Shown piece after piece: positions 9,365 through 18,374 of a DNA stretch of 32,000 nt. The stretch's first letter is position 1, and each line of letters starts with the position of its first letter. The stretch is from positions 300,001 to 332,000 of the forward strand of contig NC_009776.1 in assembly GCF_000017945.1 (NCBI RefSeq), in the 5' to 3' direction. Origin of the DNA: Ignicoccus hospitalis KIN4/I (GTDB taxonomy: Archaea; Thermoproteota; Thermoprotei_A; Sulfolobales; Ignicoccaceae). The notes below the pieces were generated by a model. The model did no database searches. It worked only from the letters and a program-made list of their open reading frames with translations, and had not been told where the DNA came from. The position numbers and the translations under genes are program-made.

Positions 9365-9966
9365 ACTTCAAGGTTTACCTCTCGATTAAGAAGCTTTTGA
9401 GCGAGGGGTGCTCGGAGCTCCCCGCGGCGTGGGCGGCGGAGCTCAAGCTCTTGGACTGTTACGAGGACGGGGGGAAGGTGTGTTGTCCCTCCCCCGAGGA
9501 AGTGGCCCTCTGGGCAGTTATCAGGGGAGTAATGGGCGAGCACGAGGCCGCGAGCTACCTCAACTGGAAGGCCTTCGAATCTTACGTAGCTAGGGCGCTC
9601 GAGGAGGCGGGCTTCGAGACGCTGAAGAACGTGAGGGTCAGGGCGGGCGACAAGCTGGCGGAGTTCGACGTTATAGGCTACGACGGGGACAAGGTGATAG
9701 TGGTGGAGTGTAAGAGGTGGAGCGCCTTCCGGAGGTCTGCCCTCTTGAAGGTCGCGGAGGAACACAAGGCGAAAGTCGAGAGGGCCGCTTACTGGTTGGC
9801 CAAGCTCGGAAAGAGGGCGCTGCCGGTGGTGGTAACCCTAAGGGGGACCCCGATAAGGGAAGGGGCTCTGATAGTTCCCATAAAATCGTTTAAGGGGTTT
9901 ATCGAAGAAGTGGACTTGGCTTTCCTAGAGGGCCCCGTGGTGACGCTCAGCAGCTCACGTTCATGA
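9361..9966 (+). CDS. PD-(D/E)XK / NERD-like nuclease-fold protein
   Basis: FESYVARALEEAGFETLKNVRVRAGDKLAEFDVIGYDGDKVIVVECKRW (E...D...ExK signature). TTG start at 9361 overlaps the upstream TGA (TTGA); the ORF track start at 9193 is probably over-extended. Confidence 0.75.
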   Translation: MNFKVYLSIKKLLSEGCSELPAAWAAELKLLDCYEDGGKVCCPSPEEVALWAVIRGVMGEHEAASYLNWKAFESYVARALEEAGFETLKNVRVRAGDKLAEFDVIGYDGDKVIVVECKRWSAFRRSALLKVAEEHKAKVERAAYWLAKLGKRALPVVVTLRGTPIREGALIVPIKSFKGFIEEVDLAFLEGPVVTLSSSRS

Positions 9967-10510
9967 ACTTCATGTGCTGTATCAAGGGCTCTCCCTTCTT
10001 CATCACTTCCCTCGCGAGCTCCCTGAAGGCCTTCCTTATGTAGTACGAGTTCTCATATACTTGGTCGTAGTCCGCGTACCTCCCCTTGACCTCTAACTTG
10101 TCCCTCCTGATCTCGAACTCCGAATTGGTGAGCACAGCTTCCCTCTTTATCTCCTTGTCTTCCTTGGTTCTGGTGGCTATCCTCACGCTCTCGGGAGTTA
10201 CGGTTATGGTCAAGGCGGGGTTGAGCCTCTTGAGGACCACCCCTCCGTCGGCGACCTCCACGAACCACTTGGAGTCCCTCACCCTCAAGTAGTTCTTGCC
10301 CACGCTCACCGCGTTGGTCTCTTTAGCGTTGCCCAAGCACTCCAAGATAGAGCTTATCCTCTCTAGGACGTCGATCATGTACGTGTAAACGTTAGCCAAG
10401 TTTACAGCCTTGGCCCCCTCGAAGGGTATCCTCTCCCTCACCCTCTCCAGGGCCTCCACCTTGGCGTTCACGGATGCCTTAGCGTCCTCCAAGGCCTTCC
10501 AGACGTCCAC
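9947..10510 (-). CDS. Hypothetical protein (187 aa)
   Basis: Coherent acidic/helical sequence MDVWKALEDAKASVNAKVEALERVRERIPFEG...; no family recognised. Short convergent overlap with the preceding gene. Confidence 0.65.
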   Translation of the reverse strand: MDVWKALEDAKASVNAKVEALERVRERIPFEGAKAVNLANVYTYMIDVLERISSILECLGNAKETNAVSVGKNYLRVRDSKWFVEVADGGVVLKRLNPALTITVTPESVRIATRTKEDKEIKREAVLTNSEFEIRRDKLEVKGRYADYDQVYENSYYIRKAFRELAREVMKKGEPLIQHMKFMNVSC

Positions 10511-10554
10511 CGCCCTTTACCCCGGCCGCTCTGGGGGGCAAAGGTAAAAGGCCT

Positions 10555-11283
10555 TCACGCCACAACTTTAGGCAAAGGCTCCTCGCGGCCCTCTAGGAGC
10601 AAGGCCGGCAGCTCCGCGTAGAGCACGACGGAAGAGGTGAGGGGTTCGAAGTACATCCCCACCGCGCGCAGCTCCAAGTCCAACTTCGCCAAAAGCTCGC
10701 AGACCCGGGGGTCGCCCTTGCAGTAGGGCACGAAGCCCGAGGCCTTCGGGAAGCCCACCACGAAGACAACCACCTTCCTCCCCTCGAAGGCGCCGAGCTC
10801 CTCCAAGTGCCTAACCCCCCTGTCCGTAGGGCAGTCCGGCCACATGCCGAAGCCCCTCCAAGATGCCAAGTCCGCGCTCTTCGCCTCCACCAACGCCCTC
10901 CCCTCCGGGCACCGGAGCTCGAAGTCGAAGGTCGAGCTGCCGTAACGGGGCCTCCGCTTGACCTCGCACCCCCTCGCCCAGCTCAAGTAGCCGAGCTCGA
11001 AGGCCCTCTCCAAGGCCCTCTCTTGCAAGTTCGTATCAGTTACCGCGAAGCCGAAGGGGGTTTTGGCCGCCACTAGCTTGTACTTCAACTTCCCGCCTCC
11101 CTTAGGTGAGCAGTAGGCCTCGTTGCCCTCCCAGATCAAGTCCTCCAAGCGGCCGGTGTTGGTGTTGTGTACTAAGAGCTCCTCCTCCCCCACGGAGGCC
11201 CTCACCACAAACCTGTTTACCTTTTCCTTTACGGTGCAGTGGAAGGCCTCGAGCTTGAGCAAGGGCCTCTCCGGGACGATCAA
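10555..11283 (-). CDS. sfsA: SfsA-like (sugar fermentation stimulation protein homologue)
   Basis: RFVVRASVGEEELLVHNTNTGRLEDLI...YKLVAAKTPFGFAVTDTNLQERALERAFELGYL...RPRYGSSTFDFEL is the SfsA domain pattern. Confidence 0.85.
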   Translation of the reverse strand: MIVPERPLLKLEAFHCTVKEKVNRFVVRASVGEEELLVHNTNTGRLEDLIWEGNEAYCSPKGGGKLKYKLVAAKTPFGFAVTDTNLQERALERAFELGYLSWARGCEVKRRPRYGSSTFDFELRCPEGRALVEAKSADLASWRGFGMWPDCPTDRGVRHLEELGAFEGRKVVVFVVGFPKASGFVPYCKGDPRVCELLAKLDLELRAVGMYFEPLTSSVVLYAELPALLLEGREEPLPKVVA

Positions 11284-11921
11284 AGGCCCAAGGCCCTCTG
11301 GAGCTCCTCTAAGCCCTCGCCGGTCTTGACCGAGACCAACACTACCGGCGCGCGGGGGTTGAGCGACTTGGCGTCGTTCACCATCTTCTCCACGTCCACT
11401 CCCAAGGGACCAGCCATGTCGACCTTAGATATCACTATTACGTCTGACCTCTTCGTGCTCATCGGGTGCTTCACGAACTTGTCCTCCCCCTCCGCTACGG
11501 AGACTACCATGACCCTCTTATGAGCGCCCAAGGGGAAGTTGAAAGGACATATCAAGTTGCCCACGTTCTCTATAAACATGATATCGTACTTGCTGAGGTC
11601 GACGTCCTTGAGAGCCTCAAAGATGTGGTCTGGCTCCAAGTGGCAAATACCACCCGTGTTTATCTCGACGCCCTCCACCCCGTGCCTCGAGACCCTCTCG
11701 GCGTCTAGGGTTGAGGCCACGTCGCCCCCCAAGTACAAGATCTCGTACTTGTCCTTCAACCTGTCGACCAGCGCCTCTATGAGCGCGGTCTTCCCGGAGC
11801 CCGGGCTACCCAAGAACTCGAACACCTTGACGCCGTATTTGTCGTACAGCCTCCTCAGCTCGGCCGCTTTGTCCAAGTACTTCTGGTTGACGTCCACCTT
11901 TATGGTGACCAGGCGGGGCAC
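11280..11921 (-). CDS. hypB: Hydrogenase/urease nickel incorporation GTPase HypB
   Basis: EFLGSPGSGKTALIEALVDRL (P-loop), INTGGICHLEPDHI, FIENVGNLICPFNFPLGAHKRVMVVSVAEGEDKFVKHP. Confidence 0.92.
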   Translation of the reverse strand: MPRLVTIKVDVNQKYLDKAAELRRLYDKYGVKVFEFLGSPGSGKTALIEALVDRLKDKYEILYLGGDVASTLDAERVSRHGVEGVEINTGGICHLEPDHIFEALKDVDLSKYDIMFIENVGNLICPFNFPLGAHKRVMVVSVAEGEDKFVKHPMSTKRSDVIVISKVDMAGPLGVDVEKMVNDAKSLNPRAPVVLVSVKTGEGLEELQRALGL

Positions 11922-12014
11922 TGCGCTTACCCGCCTTGTGCACGGATTAGGGATTATTGTGTGTAACGTACGTCAAACTAAATAACTGGGCGCCGGCGTC
12001 TCCCGGAGGGGCGC

Positions 12015-12134
12015 TTGATCTGGGGTAAGAGCGGCGAGGACAAGATAAGGGAAACCTTGAGCTTATTGGAAGAGCTGAAGGAGCTGATAGAAGAACTCAA
12101 GTGCTCCTCCAACAGATCCTCTCGTAACCCCTAA
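12015..12134 (+). CDS. Candidate small helical protein (39 aa)
   Basis: Unlisted ORF from TTG 12015 with ggagggg just upstream: MIWGKSGEDKIRETLSLLEELKELIEELKCSSNRSSRNP*. Confidence 0.35.
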   Translation: MIWGKSGEDKIRETLSLLEELKELIEELKCSSNRSSRNP

Positions 12135-12621
12135 CTTCCTCTCCCTTGCGGCACCAAATCCCCAAGGCCCTCCCGTCCTCCGAGACCTCGTACTCGCAAG
12201 AGGTTTGTACCTCCGAGAACCGGTAGCCCGGGGGCAAGTACCAGAAGGCCTCGTAGTCGTACTCCGCCACCCAGTCCTCGAAGCGGTTCTCGAAGCAGTT
12301 GGTCCCCTCCCTAGAAGGGCCCTCGAACTCTATCAAGAAGGTGTAGTAAGGAAGTTCGGCGAAGGCGAGGAAGTTCAAGGAGGCCCAGTTTACCTTAGGG
12401 ACGGTCTTTACACCGTTTATCATGACCTCTTCCTTCTCCAACTCCTCTTGCATGACCTCCCAAGCCCTATACACCTCCTCCTCATACTCGGAGGGCTTGT
12501 GCAACAGCTCGCTCATCTCGCCCTCCTCGTCGTAGTAGTAATAGTTGACGACCTCGTGGACCCTCCACGAGTTCTTCAAGGGGATTAGGAAGTAGTAGCC
12601 TTGGGCGTAGACCGGCCTCAA
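12097..12621 (-). CDS. Hypothetical protein (174 aa)
   Basis: Coherent Tyr/Glu-rich sequence; start TTG overlaps the stop of the upstream 74-aa ORF (TTGA). Confidence 0.65.
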   Translation of the reverse strand: MRPVYAQGYYFLIPLKNSWRVHEVVNYYYYDEEGEMSELLHKPSEYEEEVYRAWEVMQEELEKEEVMINGVKTVPKVNWASLNFLAFAELPYYTFLIEFEGPSREGTNCFENRFEDWVAEYDYEAFWYLPPGYRFSEVQTSCEYEVSEDGRALGIWCRKGEEVRGYERICWRST

Positions 12622-12842
12622 GCGCTGCCCCTCCGGAGGAGGTACAAGTTCCTTAAGAGGGAGAGAGCGGCCTCCGGCTCCTCGTCCAACAGCCTCGCAA
12701 ACGTTTTGTTAAACTCGACCACCCCTAGGTTAGTTATTTTCAACTCGTCGTTTATTTTTAACAACCCTTCCTTCTCCAAGTCGTGTAAGGCCTCCAAGAG
12801 CGAGTCCTCGCGCTCCGCGCTGGTCACCAGCCGGAAGAGCAC
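12618..12842 (-). CDS. Small winged-helix-like protein, possibly with a missing/frameshifted N-terminus
   Basis: MLFRLVTSAEREDSLLEALHDLEKEGLLKINDELKITNLGVVEFNKTF...; coding-like sequence continues upstream in another frame (see findings). Confidence 0.55.
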   Translation of the reverse strand: MLFRLVTSAEREDSLLEALHDLEKEGLLKINDELKITNLGVVEFNKTFARLLDEEPEAALSLLRNLYLLRRGSA

Positions 12843-12940
12843 TTGTGGGGTTAGCCTCCCTCCCTAGCAAGTGCAAGGCGACCTTCACTAGCTCTTTGAA
12901 CTCCGCCAACGGCAGCGCCCGGAGAGCCTAAAGGGCCGGC

Positions 12941-12950
12941 CTAGTTAAGT
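12941..12950. promoter_or_regulatory. Candidate shared/divergent TATA-like element
   Basis: ctagttaagt between divergent genes, readable as a TATA-like element both ways (plus GTTAAG, minus CTTAAC). Confidence 0.3.
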
Positions 12951-12966
12951 CGCGAAGCGTGGGAGC

Positions 12967-13521
12967 TTGGAGAGGTACAAGACCATAAAAGTGGACTCCA
13001 AGTTCCGCTTCAAGTGTACGAGGAGGGCCTTCTGCTGTAGGGGCGGCCCGAACGTGTCCTTGACGGTACACGACCTCATAAGGATAGCGAAGTTCCTGAA
13101 GAAGGACTGGAGGGAGTTAATACCGACTTACGTCAAAGTGATAGTAGCGGACTTCGTGCCGTTCTTGGCCTTAAGGGGGGTGAGGGGGGAGTGCGTGTTC
13201 TTGAGGAAGGGGGAGGAGGGCTACGAGTGCGAGATCTACCCCGTCAGGCCTTACCGGTGTAAGCTCTACCCGATAATCCCCAAGGCTATAGGCTCCGAGG
13301 AGGTCTACCTCGACTTGAAGTGCCCGGGCCTCTGGGAGGGGCCGGAGAAGGGAGTACCTAAGGAGAGTCTCGAGAGGTATTACAAGGAGGTGAAGGAACA
13401 CTATGAAATAATAATGAAGTATATACTCCAAGGCTTAGAACCGGAAGAGGCCTTGGAGAAGGCTGTGGAAGAGTTATGGTCAAGAGTAGAGCCTGTGGAG
13501 GACGAGGGGTTGCCTCCTTGA
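12967..13521 (+). CDS. YkgJ-like cysteine-cluster (Fe-S/zinc) protein
   Basis: FKCTRRAFCCRGGPNVSLTVHDLIRIAKFL...GECVFLRKGEEGYECEIYPVRPYRCKLYPI matches the UPF0153/YkgJ CxxxxxxCC...C...C.IY..RP..C pattern. Confidence 0.8.
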   Translation: MERYKTIKVDSKFRFKCTRRAFCCRGGPNVSLTVHDLIRIAKFLKKDWRELIPTYVKVIVADFVPFLALRGVRGECVFLRKGEEGYECEIYPVRPYRCKLYPIIPKAIGSEEVYLDLKCPGLWEGPEKGVPKESLERYYKEVKEHYEIIMKYILQGLEPEEALEKAVEELWSRVEPVEDEGLPP

Positions 13522-14198
13522 GCGAAGAGGGGGTCGCGACCTTCGATTGGAAAGAAACACTGAAGGAGTACTTGGAGGGCGAGGTGTTCCTCAAGGACGA
13601 GTTGATAAAGTTCATTGACAAGGCCTTGAACAAGGAATTCGAGGGGGTGGAGCGGGCCGACATATTGGCTCTTTACTTGCGCGGCTTCGTAAACGTCAAG
13701 AGGTACCTAATACACGGGATCAACATGCTCCTCAACAACTTGGAGCTAGAGAGCTCCCGGGAGAAGGACGAGCCAGAATTGCTCTCGTTCGTGTTCCCCC
13801 ATAGGGTCCCCGACTCTTGCGACTTGCGCCTACTCCCCCTTTCCCTCTCCGTTGCCGTCGCGGACCACTCGGACTTGTGCTGGATCTCCAGCAGCTTCAC
13901 CGTCAACAAGGGCGGGGTGCCGGAGGAGACGAGGGCCTTTAGGTGCCTCAAGTTCCTAGCCTCCACCTACCTCTTGGTCAACGGCGTCCCCGGCATAGCG
14001 TTCAAGAAGGGTTCTGATTGCATCCTACTGTTGGAATTCATAGCCTTGAGGATGCCACAGCCCTTCATGTTCAACGCCAGTTTGGCCAGCGCGGTTTCTG
14101 CCAGGATGACGGAGGATTTGAAGGAGATATTGGAAATAGTGGACGCGGTGATAGTCCGGAAGGCCGACGAGGGTCTGCCCCCCGAGTACATAAAGTAA
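13518..14198 (+). CDS. Hypothetical protein (about 226 aa)
   Basis: From TTG 13518 (TTGA overlap): MSEEGVATFDWKETLKEYLEGEVFLKDELIKFIDKALNKEFEG...; the listed start at 13476 is probably over-extended. No family recognised. Confidence 0.6.
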   Translation: MSEEGVATFDWKETLKEYLEGEVFLKDELIKFIDKALNKEFEGVERADILALYLRGFVNVKRYLIHGINMLLNNLELESSREKDEPELLSFVFPHRVPDSCDLRLLPLSLSVAVADHSDLCWISSSFTVNKGGVPEETRAFRCLKFLASTYLLVNGVPGIAFKKGSDCILLLEFIALRMPQPFMFNASLASAVSARMTEDLKEILEIVDAVIVRKADEGLPPEYIK

Positions 14199-14200
14199 AA

Positions 14201-14208
14201 CTTTTAAG
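14201..14208 (+). promoter_or_regulatory. Candidate TATA box for tRNA-Pro
   Basis: cttttaag about 31 nt upstream of the tRNA 5' end, preceded by an A-rich stretch. Confidence 0.45.
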
Positions 14209-14235
14209 GGATACTGGGGAGGGGAGCCCGGGTCC

Positions 14236-15068
<833 letters not shown>

Positions 15069-15141
15069 AGTTCTCCTTACCTTGAAATGCTTCAGCAGAT
15101 AATAGGCTTCGTAGCGTCGAGCGTACGAGAGGGGCTAGCTG

Positions 15142-15642
15142 GTGAGAGCGTGCGCCTCTTTGGAGAGCCGAGAGGCCCCTTGCTTAGAAGGAGAGTTGAA
15201 AGTCTACGACCTGCGGAAGGAGTTGAAAGAAGGCTTCTGGAGGGCTGCGTTGAAAGTTTACTTCGACGAGCCGTGCGAAGCTCTCTGCTTAGGCGGGGGC
15301 CCGACCTCCATAGTGCTCTTCGCGGCCTCCATGCTGAGGAGGGACGAAGCGTGCGTATTGCTGGAGGGGCAGCGCTTCAACCTGAAGGGCCTCTGGACCA
15401 TAATGCAGTTGAACGAGCCGTTGAGGACTGTGGCCCTCTACGTGGTGGCTAGGGGAGAAGCCTCGCCCAAGGACGTGGTCGAAGAGATCGGCGAGAGGAT
15501 AGGGTTGACCAAGTCCCAGAAGTCGCTGAAGCTCGCTTGGAGCTACTTGAACGAGCTGGAGAAGAAGGGAATAGTAGTAAAGGTCTCCAGGGGGAGGTAC
15601 AGCCCTAGGGAGGAGCTCTTCTGGTGTCCCGACAACCAATAA
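15142..15642 (+). CDS. Hypothetical protein with C-terminal winged-helix-like segment
   Basis: [59 protein letters not shown]...[24 protein letters not shown]. The true N-terminus is uncertain. Confidence 0.6.
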   Translation: MRACASLESREAPCLEGELKVYDLRKELKEGFWRAALKVYFDEPCEALCLGGGPTSIVLFAASMLRRDEACVLLEGQRFNLKGLWTIMQLNEPLRTVALYVVARGEASPKDVVEEIGERIGLTKSQKSLKLAWSYLNELEKKGIVVKVSRGRYSPREELFWCPDNQ

Positions 15643-15676
15643 AATTTTTAGCACTACCTCGGGCTGGGAGGGGCGC

Positions 15677-17113
15677 GTGAAGCTTAACAAGGAGGAGAAC
15701 TTCAGCGAGTGGTTCGATACGGTCCTAAGGGAGAGCGGGCTCTACGACTACGGCCGTTACCCGGTTAAGGGCATGGGGGTGTGGCCCCCCTTCGGCTTCA
15801 AGCTCAGGAAGTTGGTCCTAAACATAATAAGGGATCTCTTGGACTCCACCGGTCACGAGGAAGTGTTGTTCCCGGTCCTAATTCCCAAGACGTTATTGGA
15901 GAAAGAGAGCGAACACATAAGGGGCTTCGAGGGCGAGGTCTTCTGGGTGACCAAGGGAGGACACGAGGACTTGGACGTCCCCTTAGCTCTGAGGCCCACG
16001 AGCGAGACCGCTATAAGCTACATGGAGTCCTTCTGGATAAGCAGCTACAAGCAACTCCCCATGAAGCTTTACCAAATAGTCCCGGTGTATAGGTACGAGA
16101 CCAAGGCTACGAGGCCGCTGATAAGGCTGAGGGAGGTGAGCACCTTCAAGGAGGCCCACACAGCTCACGAGAGCTTCGAGGGGGCTGACTCTCAGTGCGC
16201 CGAGGCGATAGAGATCTACAAGAAGGTCTTCGATAGGCTGGGAATACCGTATATGATAAGCCAGAGGCCCCCTTGGGACAAGTTCGCGGGGGCCCTCTAC
16301 ACGGTGGCCTTCGACACCGTTATGCCCGACGGGAGGGTGCTCCAGATAGGCACGGTCCACCACTTAGGCCAAAACTTCTCCGTGCCCTTCGAGGTCAGGT
16401 TCCACACGGAGGACGGGGACAAGGACTACGTCTGGCAGACCTCCTACGGGCTGTCGGACAGAGTGATAGCGTCGTTGGTGGCCGTGCACGGGGACGAGAG
16501 GGGCTTGGTCCTCCCTCCGGAGGTCGCCCCCGTACAAGTGGTGATAGTTCCCATACCTCAGAAGGAGGAGGAACAACAGAGGAAGGTCTTGGAGGAAGCC
16601 AAGAGGGTGGAGGAGGAGCTCAAGGCTCGGGGCTGGAGGACGGTGCTCGACGACAGGGACGAGCTGACTCCCGGAGCGAAGTACTACGAGTGGGAACTCA
16701 AGGGAGTCCCATTTAGGATAGAGATAGGTAAGAAGGAGGTTGAGGGGGACGAGCTCACTGTGGCGCGCAGGGACTTGAAGAAGAGGGTGAAAGTGAAGAA
16801 AGGTGAGATCCACCAGAGGTTAAAGGAAATGAGCGACGACATGCTCAACAACATGAGGGAGAGGGCGTGGAGCTTCATGAAGAGTAGGATAAAGAGGGTG
16901 AGGAGCTTGGAGGAGGCGAAGGAGTTAGTGGAGAAGAGGTACGTGGTGGAGTTGCCGTGGTGCGGCTCCAAGGAGTGTGGGCTGAGGGTGGACGAGGAGG
17001 TGGGGAGGGTGTTAGGGGTGCCGCTGGACGAGGATGCGGAGGCGAAGGGCGAGAGGTGCGCGGTCTGCGGGAGGGAGGCGAAGTGGTGGATAAGGGTAGC
17101 AAAAACCTATTAG
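15677..17113 (+). CDS. proS: Prolyl-tRNA synthetase (archaeal/eukaryotic type)
   Basis: [39 protein letters not shown]...[52 protein letters not shown]...KEAHTAHE. Confidence 0.95.
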   Translation: MKLNKEENFSEWFDTVLRESGLYDYGRYPVKGMGVWPPFGFKLRKLVLNIIRDLLDSTGHEEVLFPVLIPKTLLEKESEHIRGFEGEVFWVTKGGHEDLDVPLALRPTSETAISYMESFWISSYKQLPMKLYQIVPVYRYETKATRPLIRLREVSTFKEAHTAHESFEGADSQCAEAIEIYKKVFDRLGIPYMISQRPPWDKFAGALYTVAFDTVMPDGRVLQIGTVHHLGQNFSVPFEVRFHTEDGDKDYVWQTSYGLSDRVIASLVAVHGDERGLVLPPEVAPVQVVIVPIPQKEEEQQRKVLEEAKRVEEELKARGWRTVLDDRDELTPGAKYYEWELKGVPFRIEIGKKEVEGDELTVARRDLKKRVKVKKGEIHQRLKEMSDDMLNNMRERAWSFMKSRIKRVRSLEEAKELVEKRYVVELPWCGSKECGLRVDEEVGRVLGVPLDEDAEAKGERCAVCGREAKWWIRVAKTY

Positions 17114-18282
17114 TCGTGCGCTTCTTCGGCCCCACTCAACATTTCGGAGTGCTTTACCTTCGGGACGGGCAAGTCCTTGACGGGCTTGAACCTGTCCTTG
17201 AGCCTCTCTAGCACTTGAGGCAAGGTGGTGTACTCCATCTCGCTGGGGTCCAGCCTGTGCGGCATGAACGGGCCGTGCCTCCTTATGTAGTCCGCCACCT
17301 TGTTCGCGGTCCTCCTCGCCTCGTCGAAGGCGGGGTCGTCGAAGAGGTCGCTGGGGCCTACGAGCTTGGCGTTCTTCACTTGGAAGCCCAGCGCTATCAC
17401 TCTCGGGGGCCCGTCGAACCTGGTGGGCCTGGCGTCCCTCACGGGGACGGGCATCAAGGGGCCGTTGTGGGAGCCCCTCATCCAGCCCGCCACCAAGTGG
17501 GGGAAGGTGAAGGGCTCCAGCACCTCGCCCACGGCGGGGAAGCCGCTCTGGGCCCTAACTATCATTACCGGGTCGTCCTTGCCCACGTACTTGCCGGCTA
17601 TCAAGTTCAGCCTCTCGACGCTGACCACTGCCGCTATCTTGCCGTCCTTGCGGAACACCCTCCTTATCACGTACCTCGAGGGGGTGCCTATGAGGGCCAG
17701 CAAGTCGTAAAGCTCTTCGGGGGTGTTCAAGTGGACTCCCTTGTCCTCGAAGACGTCCACTACCTCGAACACGAAGCCGTCGTGGAGCCTCGGGTCAATG
17801 ACCAGGCCGGCGGTGTTGAAGGGGTCTGCGAAGATCTTGTACAAGGGTAGGTTGAAGGCCCCAGGCTCGGTCTTGTCTGCGGCGAATATCACTATGGGTT
17901 CGCTCGGCCTCTCCTCTATCTCCATCTCGGCCGCCGCGGGGCCCAGGCCCCTCACGTTGCCGGAGAACGCGTCGCTGAGCAAGTCTTGCCCGGCCGCGTA
18001 GAGGCCGAGCTCCTTAGCCACTTCCGCGGCCTTCTTGAAGGCCTCCCAAGCCAAACCGTGTACGTCCGGGTGGTCCACGCCTTTGGTGTGGGTCATTATT
18101 AGGATGAGGTCGTCGCCCACGTGGGTTACGTAGAAGTCGTTTATGACGCCGTTCTTCTTCGCTTCGGCGAGGACTCTGGAAGCCGCCGCCATGCAGTCCG
18201 GGTGGACGGTGTGGTGGCCAGCCAAGGAGCCGATATCGGCTTTAATCACGCTTATGGTCGTCTTCTGGGCCACTAGGGGCAC
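17110..18282 (-). CDS. fbp: Bifunctional fructose-1,6-bisphosphate aldolase/phosphatase (archaeal FBPA/P)
   Basis: [22 protein letters not shown]...[16 protein letters not shown]...[38 protein letters not shown]. Confidence 0.95.
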   Translation of the reverse strand: MPLVAQKTTISVIKADIGSLAGHHTVHPDCMAAASRVLAEAKKNGVINDFYVTHVGDDLILIMTHTKGVDHPDVHGLAWEAFKKAAEVAKELGLYAAGQDLLSDAFSGNVRGLGPAAAEMEIEERPSEPIVIFAADKTEPGAFNLPLYKIFADPFNTAGLVIDPRLHDGFVFEVVDVFEDKGVHLNTPEELYDLLALIGTPSRYVIRRVFRKDGKIAAVVSVERLNLIAGKYVGKDDPVMIVRAQSGFPAVGEVLEPFTFPHLVAGWMRGSHNGPLMPVPVRDARPTRFDGPPRVIALGFQVKNAKLVGPSDLFDDPAFDEARRTANKVADYIRRHGPFMPHRLDPSEMEYTTLPQVLERLKDRFKPVKDLPVPKVKHSEMLSGAEEAHD

Positions 18283-18321
18283 CGAGGCCGGTTACCAAAA
18301 GAGGTTTTTCTGGTTTTAGGG

Positions 18322-18373
18322 ACGATGAGGAACCGATAGGGCTCTGAGCGGTGAGGAGTCCCACGGTCGCCGA
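18322..18373 (+). ncRNA. Weak candidate C/D box sRNA
   Basis: C-like ACGATGA (18322-18328), D' CTGA (18344-18347), C'-like GTGAGGA (18351-18357), 12-nt spacer, D-like CCGA (18370-18373) in the gap between two genes. Several boxes deviate from consensus and there is no clear terminal stem. Confidence 0.2.
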
Positions 18374-18374
18374 G

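Noticed and set aside
9361-9966. Restriction-modification system
   Set aside because: Only a nuclease-like fold is visible. No methyltransferase, specificity or helicase gene flanks it.
17215-17850. Long plus-strand ORF (211 aa) opposite fbp
   Set aside because: Antisense shadow of a confidently identified gene. Composition is Arg/Gly/His-rich and incoherent, as expected from high-GC codon structure.
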